Of a stretch of DNA of 25,734 bases, positions 1 to 9,374 are shown one piece after another. Below the pieces are notes generated by a model. That model ran no database searches. It worked only from the letters and a program-made list of their open reading frames with translations, and was not told the DNA's origin. The stretch comes from a bacterium (GTDB taxonomy: Bacteria > CALINM01), in assembly GCA_041640455.1 (NCBI GenBank), contig JBEQAF010000024.1, forward strand, positions 1 to 25,734. Reading direction: 5' to 3'. The position numbers were made by a program, and so were the translations under genes. The number at the start of each line of letters is the position of its first letter. Positions within the stretch are counted from its first letter, which is position 1.

Positions 1-822
1 GTTCATTCTTACACCTGGGTTTCAAAACACATGGCAAGGGTTTATGATAAATACATACCTGGCTGGGCAAACGAGCCCGAGCTTTTTGTCAGGGCAGAAA
101 ATATTCCAGACGATGAGATATACAATGCCCACCTGGAGGCAAAAAAGGAGCTTTTTGATTACATCAGGCAGGAGACGGGTGAGGAGTTTGATCTTAATAT
201 ATTAACTATTGGTTTTGCAAGAAGGGCAACAGCATATAAACGGGCAGATCTGCTGTTTTTTGATATTGAAAGACTTTTAAAAATCTGTTCAGGTAGGGTT
301 CAGTTTGTATTTGGCGGCAAAGCCCATCCAAAAGACTTTTCTGGTAAGGAGATTATTAAAAAGATAATAAAAATCAGTAAGGAGCTTAAAAAGGACATAA
401 AAATCGTTTACCTCAAAAATTATAATATGGCTGTGGCAAAACTGCTGGTTGCAGGTGTGGATATCTGGCTGAACACACCCAAAAGACCGCTTGAGGCTTC
501 GGGCACCAGCGGAATGAAAGCGGCACACAATGGCGTTATTAATTTTTCGATTCTCGACGGGTGGTGGATTGAAGGGCATATTGAGGATGTGACGGGCTGG
601 TCTATAGGCTCTTTACCGCAGGAGGTAAGCCTCGAAGAAAACTCCGATGATAAAGATGCAGAAGATCTCTACTATAAGCTGGAAAATAAGATAATCCCCA
701 CCTACTACAACGACAGGCAAAAATGGATCTACATGGTTAAAAACTCAATCGGCAAGATCGCCTACTACTTTAATACTCACCGCATGATGAGAAGATACGT
801 AACAGAGGCTTATATCTGTTAG
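1..822 (+). CDS. glgP: alpha-glucan (glycogen/maltodextrin) phosphorylase, C-terminal part; 5' end lies outside the window
   Basis: The frame is open from base 1 (VHSYTWVSKH-MARVYD...). It carries phosphorylase motifs GFARRATAYKR, GGKAHPKD, PLEASGTSGMKAAHNG (PLP-lysine region) and LDGWW. Confidence 0.93.
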   Translation, partial: VHSYTWVSKHMARVYDKYIPGWANEPELFVRAENIPDDEIYNAHLEAKKELFDYIRQETGEEFDLNILTIGFARRATAYKRADLLFFDIERLLKICSGRVQFVFGGKAHPKDFSGKEIIKKIIKISKELKKDIKIVYLKNYNMAVAKLLVAGVDIWLNTPKRPLEASGTSGMKAAHNGVINFSILDGWWIEGHIEDVTGWSIGSLPQEVSLEENSDDKDAEDLYYKLENKIIPTYYNDRQKWIYMVKNSIGKIAYYFNTHRMMRRYVTEAYIC

Positions 823-832
823 TAAAGCTGAC

Positions 833-2371
833 TTAGTTAGCCTGATTTATCTCAAGAATTCGGTCGATCCTGAATACCCTCATGTCGTTTCTCAAACAGC
901 ATCGGGCTGTAAGACCAGGAAATGTTTTTCCGCCATACTCATGGTCACCCACATATATAGGCTCTATAACACGTCTTGATTTCTCATCTTTTGCCTTCAA
1001 ATAGACTATCTCAATCTTCTCACCCTTTTCAATCGCCTTGTTAATAAGAGCTACCTTCTCTTCGAGGGGCATATTTTTTTCAGAGATCCTGTACTGATAG
1101 CTCGTAAGAAACTTAATTACATCTTTATTTAGCATCACATGCCCCTTTTTAATGGGCTTTTTAAGCACAATCCCATCAAGGCTTGTACATCTGCTTAATG
1201 CAACATATAGCTGTCCTGGTGAGAAGATACCTCTTCCAAGATCAATTACCACTTTGTCAAAGGTTTTCCCCTGACTTTTGTGAATAGTTATGGCATAGGC
1301 AAGCTTTAATGGATACTGCACAAAAAAGCCGATCGTTTCGGTCTGAATAATCTTTTTCTCTTTATTATAGCTAAATTTAAAAATATCCCATTCATAGGGA
1401 ATTAACTCCACTACGTCGCCTCCACTTATTTTAACCGAAATAATCTCATCGGAAGGATAGATTCCCACTACCCTGCCTATGGTGCCGTTAACCCATCTGC
1501 CGTATACATCATTATTAAGAAGCATAACCTGTGCACCAACTTTTAGCTCCAGATTTAGCTCAGCAGGCAGCTCATCAAGAGCAAACTCGCCCTCAATCTG
1601 CCCCTGAAAGCTATATAGCTTGCCATCTAACTGCTCAAGTTTTTTTAGATTAATCTCATAAGCCATCTCATTGGTGGGGGTTAGGTAGATATAGCCGTCA
1701 TCTTCTGAAAAGCTATCTACCACCCTGCTGTTTATAACTGCCAGATCGTTATCATCAACAGTGCCGTTTCTGATTCTGTTAAGAATATCAACAAATGTCT
1801 GATCTTTCTGCCTGTATATTTTCATAAGCTCCACAATCTCCATCTCTATCTGGCTGAACACAAGGGCTTCATAGAAATAGGGGCTTTTGTAATGGCTAAG
1901 ATAGGCAGTCCTATCTCTCCCGGTCAGAACGGGTGGCAGCTGATAAAGGTCACCTATAAAGACCATCCTTATTCCGCCAAAGGGGGTTCTTTTTTTGGGA
2001 CCATGTTTTCTTAGAAAGATGTCAATGGCATCTAAAAGATCTGCCCTGACCATAGATATCTCATCAATAATTATCAGATCAAGCTCTTTGTAAATAGCAG
2101 AATCTCTAACCTTTATTTTTGAAGCATTGTAAGGTGTAATATCAGGTTTAAAGTTGAAAAAGGAATGAATGGTCTGCCCACCAATATTTACGGCTGCTAC
2201 TCCCGTTGGGGCAAGCACAACAAACCTTTTTTGAGAGTTCTCCTTAAAATATTTTAGCAGAGTGGATTTGCCTGTTCCCGCTTTTCCCGTTATGAAAACA
2301 TGCTTTTTCGAATGCTCCATGAGCTCATAGGCTCTCTTAAACTCCTCATTAAACTCTATCTTATTATTCAT
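833..2371 (-). CDS. Pif1-family (SF1B) DNA helicase with C-terminal WYL domain
   Basis: Walker A GKAGTGKS, LAPTGVAA, Walker B IIIDEISM, GDLYQLPPV, YRQKD, AITIHKSQG and GQLYVALSR. The last ~75 aa (AIEKGEKIEIVY...RRVIEP...ARCCLRNDMRVFRIDRI) match the WYL pattern. Confidence 0.9.
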   Translation of the reverse strand: MNNKIEFNEEFKRAYELMEHSKKHVFITGKAGTGKSTLLKYFKENSQKRFVVLAPTGVAAVNIGGQTIHSFFNFKPDITPYNASKIKVRDSAIYKELDLIIIDEISMVRADLLDAIDIFLRKHGPKKRTPFGGIRMVFIGDLYQLPPVLTGRDRTAYLSHYKSPYFYEALVFSQIEMEIVELMKIYRQKDQTFVDILNRIRNGTVDDNDLAVINSRVVDSFSEDDGYIYLTPTNEMAYEINLKKLEQLDGKLYSFQGQIEGEFALDELPAELNLELKVGAQVMLLNNDVYGRWVNGTIGRVVGIYPSDEIISVKISGGDVVELIPYEWDIFKFSYNKEKKIIQTETIGFFVQYPLKLAYAITIHKSQGKTFDKVVIDLGRGIFSPGQLYVALSRCTSLDGIVLKKPIKKGHVMLNKDVIKFLTSYQYRISEKNMPLEEKVALINKAIEKGEKIEIVYLKAKDEKSRRVIEPIYVGDHEYGGKTFPGLTARCCLRNDMRVFRIDRILEINQAN

Positions 2372-2372
2372 C

Positions 2373-4382
2373 TTAAAGCTCTTTTTTTAACCTTGACAGA
2401 TCTATTTCCCACGTGCCTTTTTGATATATATTTCCGTCTCGGAAGATAAGATATCCAAACTGCCCATAATGGGTAATTTTAGACGCCACCTTTTCACTTA
2501 CCTCCTGACTTAAGGGTAGAAAGATTGCCACCGTATTCTTATTTTTATCATAAAAGACAAGAAAAAGGGTATCTTTTTCTGCAAACTTTTCGCCCTTATA
2601 GAGAAAACCGTCTTTTAAAATTCTAAAATTATTTAGCTCAAGCTCATCATAGCCAAAATATATGATGGGCTTTTTGAGAATGGTGTCAGCCTTAGCTGAA
2701 ATGGGAGTATGTCTTTCTATCCCCAGCGTGGAAAGGAGTATGTTAATAGATCTTTCAGTGCCTTTGTAATTTTTATTTTTAACAATAAAAACCTCTCTGG
2801 CTGCCTTGAGGTTATTGACACTGGGCGGGACATCATCCTTTTCAATACTTTTTATGAGATGAAACTCGGGATCGATAAGAACATAACGGGGCTTTTGTTT
2901 TACTCTAATTCTAAACTTCTCCTTTTCAGTGAAAAGTGAAACATTCTGAACAAAGTTTTTTTCTCCATCTTCAAATTCAAACCAGACAGGCACGAGAAGG
3001 TCATAAATCTTACCTTTCTGTTTTAGTGATATGGTAACCAGATATTCTCCCTGATCTCGATCTAACTTTACTTGGTCAATCTCTATGTCAGGAACTCCTT
3101 TTTTCTCTACCCAGCTTAAAAATATGCCGCTTAAGTCTCTTCTGGATACCTCTTCAAAGCTTTTTTTTAGTTCATCCCAGCCTGCCTTTTTAAAAAGATT
3201 GTCTTTAAAAAAGGTTGAAAGGGCTTTAAAAAATATCTCATCTCCCAGCATGTATCTCAGATAATGGTAAAACATAGCAGATTTGCCGTATCCTATTGCT
3301 CTTGTGGACACATCTACCCTGCCAAAAAACTTTGACAGGGGGATCTCAGAATGACTATCCACAAGGCTCGCATAATCAAGCACAAGCTTTTTTCGATAGT
3401 TTAAAGCCTCCTTACTATCTTTCAGCTCTTTAATATAGTAGTCTGCCAGATAGGTTGCAAGCCCTTCTGACCAGTTGCCTTTCCTGAAGTCCACAAAAAC
3501 ACCGTTTCCAAAATAGCAATGGACAATCTCATGAGGAAGGCTTGTATCAATAATAAAGGGGAGTTTAAGAATATTTTTCCCGATAAGAGTTAGAGAAGGA
3601 TAGCTAAGCCCCACAGGGGTTTTACTCTCAACTACAGCAAACTTCTCATAGGGATAGATACCTATCTTTTCTTCATAAAGCTCAAGGTATCTGTAAACTG
3701 CGTCAAGATATCTTTCTGAAAGAGCTCTATTCTCTTCAGAAAAAAATGTGTATAGCTTAACCCTTCCTTTATACTCCCTTTTGTTTACCTCAAATCGCCC
3801 GCCTATAAGTGTAAGCCCTGTTTGAGGTTTGTCTATGTGCCAGCTTGAGTGTAAAGCGCTACCTTCTTTTTTATATTCAGTAAGCTCTCCCAGAGTGACA
3901 AAGCCTAAACCGTCTTTTGAGCTCAAAAAGATCTTAACCTTTTGATACAGGTAGGTCGCACGGGGATACCAGAAAAATTCTTTTCCAAGATAGACAAAAT
4001 CTTCAGAGATAACATTAAAAATGTGAACAGAAGGGTCTTCAAAGGTGCTCGGGATATTATCAATATCTTTTTTAGGAAGGGAAAACTGGTAATCAATTAA
4101 CAGTTTAAAATTTTTTAGATCAGGATTTTTTACAAGAACTTTCCCCTTTGCAAATGAAAAATCTACCTTTTGGTTTTCAATAAGAACTTTATTTATTTTA
4201 GCCCCTTCATAAAGATAAAGCTCAATGTTAGCTCCTGATCCCACAATATGAAAGACCGCCTGAGCATCAAAGACTCTCTCTCTGGCATCTATGTTTGCCT
4301 TTAATACCAGCTCCTCTACGTTATAACTGCCATAAACATTGCAGGAGAAAAAGAGGATTAAAAGTATTAAAAGCTTTCTCAT
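2373..4382 (-). CDS. exported M1-family (gluzincin) zinc metallopeptidase-like protein
   Basis: N-terminal signal peptide. HEIVH followed 18 residues later by E (LPHEIVHCYFGNG...NWSEGLATY), plus YPYEKFAVVE and GYGKSAMFYHYLR. Confidence 0.8.
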   Translation of the reverse strand: MRKLLILLILFFSCNVYGSYNVEELVLKANIDARERVFDAQAVFHIVGSGANIELYLYEGAKINKVLIENQKVDFSFAKGKVLVKNPDLKNFKLLIDYQFSLPKKDIDNIPSTFEDPSVHIFNVISEDFVYLGKEFFWYPRATYLYQKVKIFLSSKDGLGFVTLGELTEYKKEGSALHSSWHIDKPQTGLTLIGGRFEVNKREYKGRVKLYTFFSEENRALSERYLDAVYRYLELYEEKIGIYPYEKFAVVESKTPVGLSYPSLTLIGKNILKLPFIIDTSLPHEIVHCYFGNGVFVDFRKGNWSEGLATYLADYYIKELKDSKEALNYRKKLVLDYASLVDSHSEIPLSKFFGRVDVSTRAIGYGKSAMFYHYLRYMLGDEIFFKALSTFFKDNLFKKAGWDELKKSFEEVSRRDLSGIFLSWVEKKGVPDIEIDQVKLDRDQGEYLVTISLKQKGKIYDLLVPVWFEFEDGEKNFVQNVSLFTEKEKFRIRVKQKPRYVLIDPEFHLIKSIEKDDVPPSVNNLKAAREVFIVKNKNYKGTERSINILLSTLGIERHTPISAKADTILKKPIIYFGYDELELNNFRILKDGFLYKGEKFAEKDTLFLVFYDKNKNTVAIFLPLSQEVSEKVASKITHYGQFGYLIFRDGNIYQKGTWEIDLSRLKKEL

Positions 4383-4849
4383 TATAACTTCAGGTTAAAA
4401 TTAAATGTCAGACTACCCTTCTTTTCCGTATCCACAAAAAGCTTAATATTATATGTGCCCTTTTCTTTGAGAGATATATCGCTACCATAATGCTCATCCA
4501 TTAAAAAAAGCTTATACTCCTTTGAACTATTCTTTAACTTTACCTCAACTCTGGCTTCTTTAATCTTACCTGTTTCAGCACCGGATTTTATCATAAAAAA
4601 CAGATGATGGGTAAGATCGGGATCAACTTTTGACATATCTATCTTAATATTTTTGTCCTTTGCCATAGCCTTCATGGCGCTTTCTATATCGTTTAAGTAT
4701 CCCCTTATCTCCAGATCTCCTTTTCTGGTTTCAAAGACCTGTTTCCCCATGCCTGACATACCATGTGCCTTTCCCATATGCCCGTGCTGGGCATTTAAAC
4801 TGCTCGCAAAGATAAAAAACACTGAAAGAATTAAGAAAAATCTTTTCAT
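4382..4849 (-). CDS. exported His/Met-rich hypothetical protein, putative periplasmic metal-binding protein
   Basis: Signal peptide ending SLNA, followed by QHGHMGKAHGMSGMG; internal THHL and MDEHYG. SD GGAGG upstream; immediately downstream of cusA. Confidence 0.65.
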   Translation of the reverse strand: MKRFFLILSVFFIFASSLNAQHGHMGKAHGMSGMGKQVFETRKGDLEIRGYLNDIESAMKAMAKDKNIKIDMSKVDPDLTHHLFFMIKSGAETGKIKEARVEVKLKNSSKEYKLFLMDEHYGSDISLKEKGTYNIKLFVDTEKKGSLTFNFNLKL

Positions 4850-4864
4850 ATACGCCTCCTTGTT

Positions 4865-7800
4865 CTAATGTTTTAATTTTAGCTCTCTTTTTTTCCATAA
4901 TAAATAGATAGCTGGATACACCAAAAGCTCAAGCATAAAAGAGGTTACAAGTCCGCCTATCATGGGAGCGGCAATCCTTTTCATCATATCGGCTCCTGTA
5001 CCTGTAGACCACATAATGGGCGAAAGTCCAACTATTGAAACAGCCACTGTCATTATCTTGGGTCTTATTCTTTTTACAGCGCCATGAAATATGGCTTCCT
5101 CAAGCTCAGAGAGAGTATTTAACCTGTTTTTTCTTTTTGCCTCTTCAAAGGCAAGATCAAGAAAAAGAAGCATAAAAACGCCCGTTTCGGCATCAAGCCC
5201 CATAAGGGCAATTATCCCCACCCAGACAGCTATGGAGATGTTGTAGTCAAGAAGATATAAAAGAACTATAGCGCCCACAGCAGAAAAAGGGACGGCAAGA
5301 AGAACTATACCTACCTTAACCGCTGATCCTGTATTAAGGTAAAGTATGAGCATAATAAGAATTATGGTCAGGGGGACCACAATTTTAAGTCTTTCCCTTA
5401 CCCTTATCATGTTTTCATACTGACCGCTCCAGCCAATGGAGTACCCTGATGGCAGTTTTAGTTTTTCATTTACTATCTTTTTTGCTTCATTAACATAGCT
5501 ACCTACATCAATATTCTCAATATCCACGTACACATATCCAGCAATCATACCATTCTCGTTTCTGATCATGGACGGACCATATGCAAGTCTTATATCAGCC
5601 AGTTCAACTAAAGGAATCTGCTGATTTGTGGATGTGGGGATAAGAACCCTCTCAAGATCTTCGAGATCAGTCCTAAAATCTCTTGAATACCTTACATTTA
5701 TTGTGTATCTTGCTCTTCCTTCAATAGTTTCTGTAATAACTTCACCGCCAATGGCTGTGTTTATTATAAGCTGAAGGTCTTCAAGGGTTAATCCATATCT
5801 TGCTAAAGCTTCTCTTTTTGGTATAAAGTTAAGATAATAACCACCACCTGCTCTTTCGGCAAAGACGCTTCTTGTACCTTTCAAATCCCTTAAAAGCCTT
5901 TCGATCTCAAGCCCTATGTTTTCTATCTCTCTTATATCCTTGCCAAGAATTTTTATACCGATTGGTGTCCTGATACCAGTAGAAAGCATATCTATCCTGC
6001 CTTTTATGGGCATGGTCCATGCATTTGTGTTTCCTGGTATCTGAAGAGCTCTATCCATCTCTGCTATAAGCTCATCATAACTTATTTTATCAGCCCAGAT
6101 AGGTCTTAGAAGCTTTTTTAAAAACTCAGGCGCCCATTCTGAATACCATCTTTTCTTTTCTCGCCAGAGAGATTCATCCTTTAAAACAACTGTTGTCTCA
6201 ATCATAGAAAAAGGTGCAGGATCAGTAGAGCTATCTGCCCTGCCCGCCTTACCAAATACACTCTCTACCTCCGGAAAGCTTTTTAAAATTCTATCTTGCA
6301 AGATAAGAAGTTTTTTTGCCTCCGTAACAGAGATGCCTGGTAGAGTGGTGGGCATATATAGAATAGTCCCTTCCTTAAGAGGCGGCATAAACTCAGAACC
6401 CAGTTTAAAGTACAGAGGGATTGAAAGGGTCACTGTAATTATTGCAAGAACAATTATCTTTTTCGGATGTTTCAGCACGAACCTGCAAACTGGCTCATAA
6501 ATTTTAAACAGATTTCTGCTTATAGGATGCGTTTCTTCCTTATAATAGGTGCCAACAAACAGGGATGTGGCAAGTCTTGAAAAAAATTTAGGTCTGAAAT
6601 CAAAGGGCTCTATTCTTGAAAAAAACATTCTTACTGCGGGATCCAGTGTTATGGCAAGTATGGATGCAAGAGCAAGGGTAAGGGTTTTTGTCCATGCGAG
6701 AGGGGTAAAAAGCCTTCCTTCCTGATCTACGAGAGTAAAAACTGGCAGAAAGGAGACCGTAATAACCAGTAGCGAAAAGAATACGGAGGGTCCCACCTCC
6801 ATTAAAGCCTCAAGCCTGACCTTATGAAAATCCTCTTTTTTCCCTTCTTCTATCCAGTGTTCAATCTTTTTATAGGCATTCTCAACCTCTACAATCGCAC
6901 CATCTACCAGCACACCTATTGATATGGCTATTCCTGACAGGCTCATAATATTGGAGGTAATTTTCATATAGTACATAGGTATAAAGGCAAGCAAAACAGA
7001 GATAGGGATGGTAATAATGGGAACCAGAGCCGAAGGTATATGCCAGAGAAATATTATGATTATAAGGCTGACCACTATCATCTCGTGAGTCAGAGTATCT
7101 GTAAGGGTTTTAATGGCTTTTTTGATAAGATCAGACCTGTCATAGGTGGTTACTATCTGAACCCCCTCAGGTAACCCCTTTTTAAGCTCTTCAAGCCTTT
7201 CCTTGACCCTTTCTATAACATTTAGTGCATTCTCTTTGTGCCTTATTACCACAATACCGCCCACCACCTCTCCCTCACCATTCAGCTCTGCCACCCCTCT
7301 TCTTATCTGTGGACCAAAGGAGATATGGGCTATATCTCCAAGATAAACTGGCGAGCCATTAACAGATTTAACAAAAACCTTTCTCAGGTCATCAAGATTT
7401 TTAATATATCCCTCTGCCCTTATCATATACTCTTTTCCAGTCCATTCAATAAGCCTTCCGCCCATCTCATTGGTGCTTTTTCTAACCACATCTATAATCT
7501 CGGGTAGGGAAAGATTATAAACCACAAGCCTGTCGGGTCTTATGGTAACCTGATACTGTTTTTCAAAACCTCCTACCGTTGCAACCTCAGCAACTCCAGG
7601 GACACTCTGAAGATTAAATTTAAGATACCAGTCCTGAACTGTTCTTAGCTCAGAAAGATTAAGTCTGCCAGACCTGTCAACAAGGGCATACTGATAAACC
7701 CACCCCACACCTGTGGCATCGGGACCAAGCTCTGTCTGAACTCCTGCAGGAAGTTTGCCCTGAATTCTTGACAGATACTCTACCACCCTGCTTCTTGCCC

Positions 7801-8110
7801 AGTATATATCTGTGCCATCCTCAAAGATTACATACACGTATGAGAAGCCGTAGTCACTAAAACCTCTAACAGCCTTAACCTTAGGAGCACCCAGAAGTGC
7901 TGAAACTATCGGATAGGTTACCTGATCCTCAATAATATCAGGACTTCTATCCCATCTGGAGTAGATTATAACCTGCGTATCTGAAAGATCAGGTATGGCA
8001 TCAAGGGGGATGTTTTTTAATGTGTACAGCCCATAAAATATAGCTACAGCAGTAAGAAATATTACGAATATTTTGTTGCTGGCAGAAAACTCGATAATTT
8101 TTCTGATCAT
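4865..8110 (-). CDS. cusA: CusA/CzcA-family heavy-metal efflux RND permease (Cu(I)/Ag(I) type)
   Basis: DAIPDLSDTQVII, IEDQVTYP, GPDATGVGWVYQY and GAVKRIRPKIMT. Met contexts equivalent to the CusA Cu-binding triad are present (LYMP, PFSMIET, RIDML). 1081 aa. Confidence 0.95.
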   Translation of the reverse strand: MIRKIIEFSASNKIFVIFLTAVAIFYGLYTLKNIPLDAIPDLSDTQVIIYSRWDRSPDIIEDQVTYPIVSALLGAPKVKAVRGFSDYGFSYVYVIFEDGTDIYWARSRVVEYLSRIQGKLPAGVQTELGPDATGVGWVYQYALVDRSGRLNLSELRTVQDWYLKFNLQSVPGVAEVATVGGFEKQYQVTIRPDRLVVYNLSLPEIIDVVRKSTNEMGGRLIEWTGKEYMIRAEGYIKNLDDLRKVFVKSVNGSPVYLGDIAHISFGPQIRRGVAELNGEGEVVGGIVVIRHKENALNVIERVKERLEELKKGLPEGVQIVTTYDRSDLIKKAIKTLTDTLTHEMIVVSLIIIIFLWHIPSALVPIITIPISVLLAFIPMYYMKITSNIMSLSGIAISIGVLVDGAIVEVENAYKKIEHWIEEGKKEDFHKVRLEALMEVGPSVFFSLLVITVSFLPVFTLVDQEGRLFTPLAWTKTLTLALASILAITLDPAVRMFFSRIEPFDFRPKFFSRLATSLFVGTYYKEETHPISRNLFKIYEPVCRFVLKHPKKIIVLAIITVTLSIPLYFKLGSEFMPPLKEGTILYMPTTLPGISVTEAKKLLILQDRILKSFPEVESVFGKAGRADSSTDPAPFSMIETTVVLKDESLWREKKRWYSEWAPEFLKKLLRPIWADKISYDELIAEMDRALQIPGNTNAWTMPIKGRIDMLSTGIRTPIGIKILGKDIREIENIGLEIERLLRDLKGTRSVFAERAGGGYYLNFIPKREALARYGLTLEDLQLIINTAIGGEVITETIEGRARYTINVRYSRDFRTDLEDLERVLIPTSTNQQIPLVELADIRLAYGPSMIRNENGMIAGYVYVDIENIDVGSYVNEAKKIVNEKLKLPSGYSIGWSGQYENMIRVRERLKIVVPLTIILIMLILYLNTGSAVKVGIVLLAVPFSAVGAIVLLYLLDYNISIAVWVGIIALMGLDAETGVFMLLFLDLAFEEAKRKNRLNTLSELEEAIFHGAVKRIRPKIMTVAVSIVGLSPIMWSTGTGADMMKRIAAPMIGGLVTSFMLELLVYPAIYLLWKKRELKLKH

Positions 8111-9363
8111 TTATTCTCTTCTTTTGGTGCCAGAGATTGAAAAGCCGCCTTCAATCTTGATTCGGAATCTATAAGAAAACTTGCCGAACTTACAACCCTA
8201 TCACCTTTTTTCAACCCTGATAGCACCTCGTAGTATCCATCATGGCTTTTAAAACCTGTTTTAACAATAACAGGCTTCAGATGCTCTCCATCCTTTACAA
8301 ACACATACTCTTTTGTTCCCGTCCGATAAAGCGCATCTTCCGAAACAGCAAGCCTTTTTCCAGTCGAGATTACAATCACTGCCTCTGCATTCATATTTGG
8401 CTTTAATCTAAGCCCCCAGTTTTCTATCTCAATCCGTGCTTTAGCCCTTCTTGTTTCAGGATTTACAAAGGGGTTTATAAAAGTAATCTTTCCGTAAAAA
8501 TCCTCGGGGTAGCCAGGAATTTTTAATTTTACAGCCATACCTTCTTTTATAAGTGGTAAATCTATCTGAAAAATCTCAATTTCGCCCCAGAGTATAGACA
8601 GATCTGCCACAGTCATAAGCGGATCGTTCATGCTGATTCTGCTTCCTTTATTTACAAATTTTTCAAGTAAAAATCCTGAAAAGGGCGAATATAATGTGAC
8701 TGTTCTTGATACCTCTTGTTTTTCTTCAATCTTTAATATCTCTTCTTCGGAAATATCAAAAAGCTTAAGTCTCTCTCTGGCTGATTGTTTAAGCTCCAAA
8801 ACTGTTTTTTTTAGCTGCGGATCAGAGATCTTTTCAAGCCTCTTTTCATAGTTAATTGCCGAAAGATACTCCGACTTTGCAGCCATAATCTCAGGGCTGT
8901 ATATTTCGGCAACTTTATCTCCAACTTTTACATACTGACCTGGCTGGCTTACGTAGAGCTCTTCTATCCAGCCGTTTATTTTGGGTGTTATCTTAAATAT
9001 CTTCGTTTCATTTAAACTTATTACTGCAGGAGCAATTATCTCCTTTACAAGCTCTCTTATATCTACTGTGTCAAAAGTAAGCCCTAACATTGTTGCGGTC
9101 TTCTGGGGCAGATAGATGGTGGCAAGCTCCTCTTCCTTTCTACCTTCCTTTGATCCTATCTGCTCTATGGGGACAAGATCCATCCCACAGATAGGACAGC
9201 TACCAGGTCTATCGGAGATAATCTGAGGGTGCATGGGACAGGTATAAAGCCTTTTTTCCTCTTTTTTAGTCTCTCCAGGTCTTAGCTTAAAGTAATAGAA
9301 ATAACCCCCTACAGGGATGAGAACAAGCAAAAGAATCAGTAAGCCAATAATCTTTTTTTTCAT
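8107..9363 (-). CDS. cusB: CusB-like periplasmic adaptor (membrane fusion protein) with N-terminal heavy-metal-binding domain
   Basis: N-terminal TM anchor, YTCPMHPQI...CPICGMDL metal-binding motif, GWIEELYV, IYSPE, LKPNM and FLIDSESRL. ATGA overlap with cusA. Confidence 0.9.
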   Translation of the reverse strand: MKKKIIGLLILLLVLIPVGGYFYYFKLRPGETKKEEKRLYTCPMHPQIISDRPGSCPICGMDLVPIEQIGSKEGRKEEELATIYLPQKTATMLGLTFDTVDIRELVKEIIAPAVISLNETKIFKITPKINGWIEELYVSQPGQYVKVGDKVAEIYSPEIMAAKSEYLSAINYEKRLEKISDPQLKKTVLELKQSARERLKLFDISEEEILKIEEKQEVSRTVTLYSPFSGFLLEKFVNKGSRISMNDPLMTVADLSILWGEIEIFQIDLPLIKEGMAVKLKIPGYPEDFYGKITFINPFVNPETRRAKARIEIENWGLRLKPNMNAEAVIVISTGKRLAVSEDALYRTGTKEYVFVKDGEHLKPVIVKTGFKSHDGYYEVLSGLKKGDRVVSSASFLIDSESRLKAAFQSLAPKEENK

Positions 9364-9374
9364 TAGCTTTCCTT

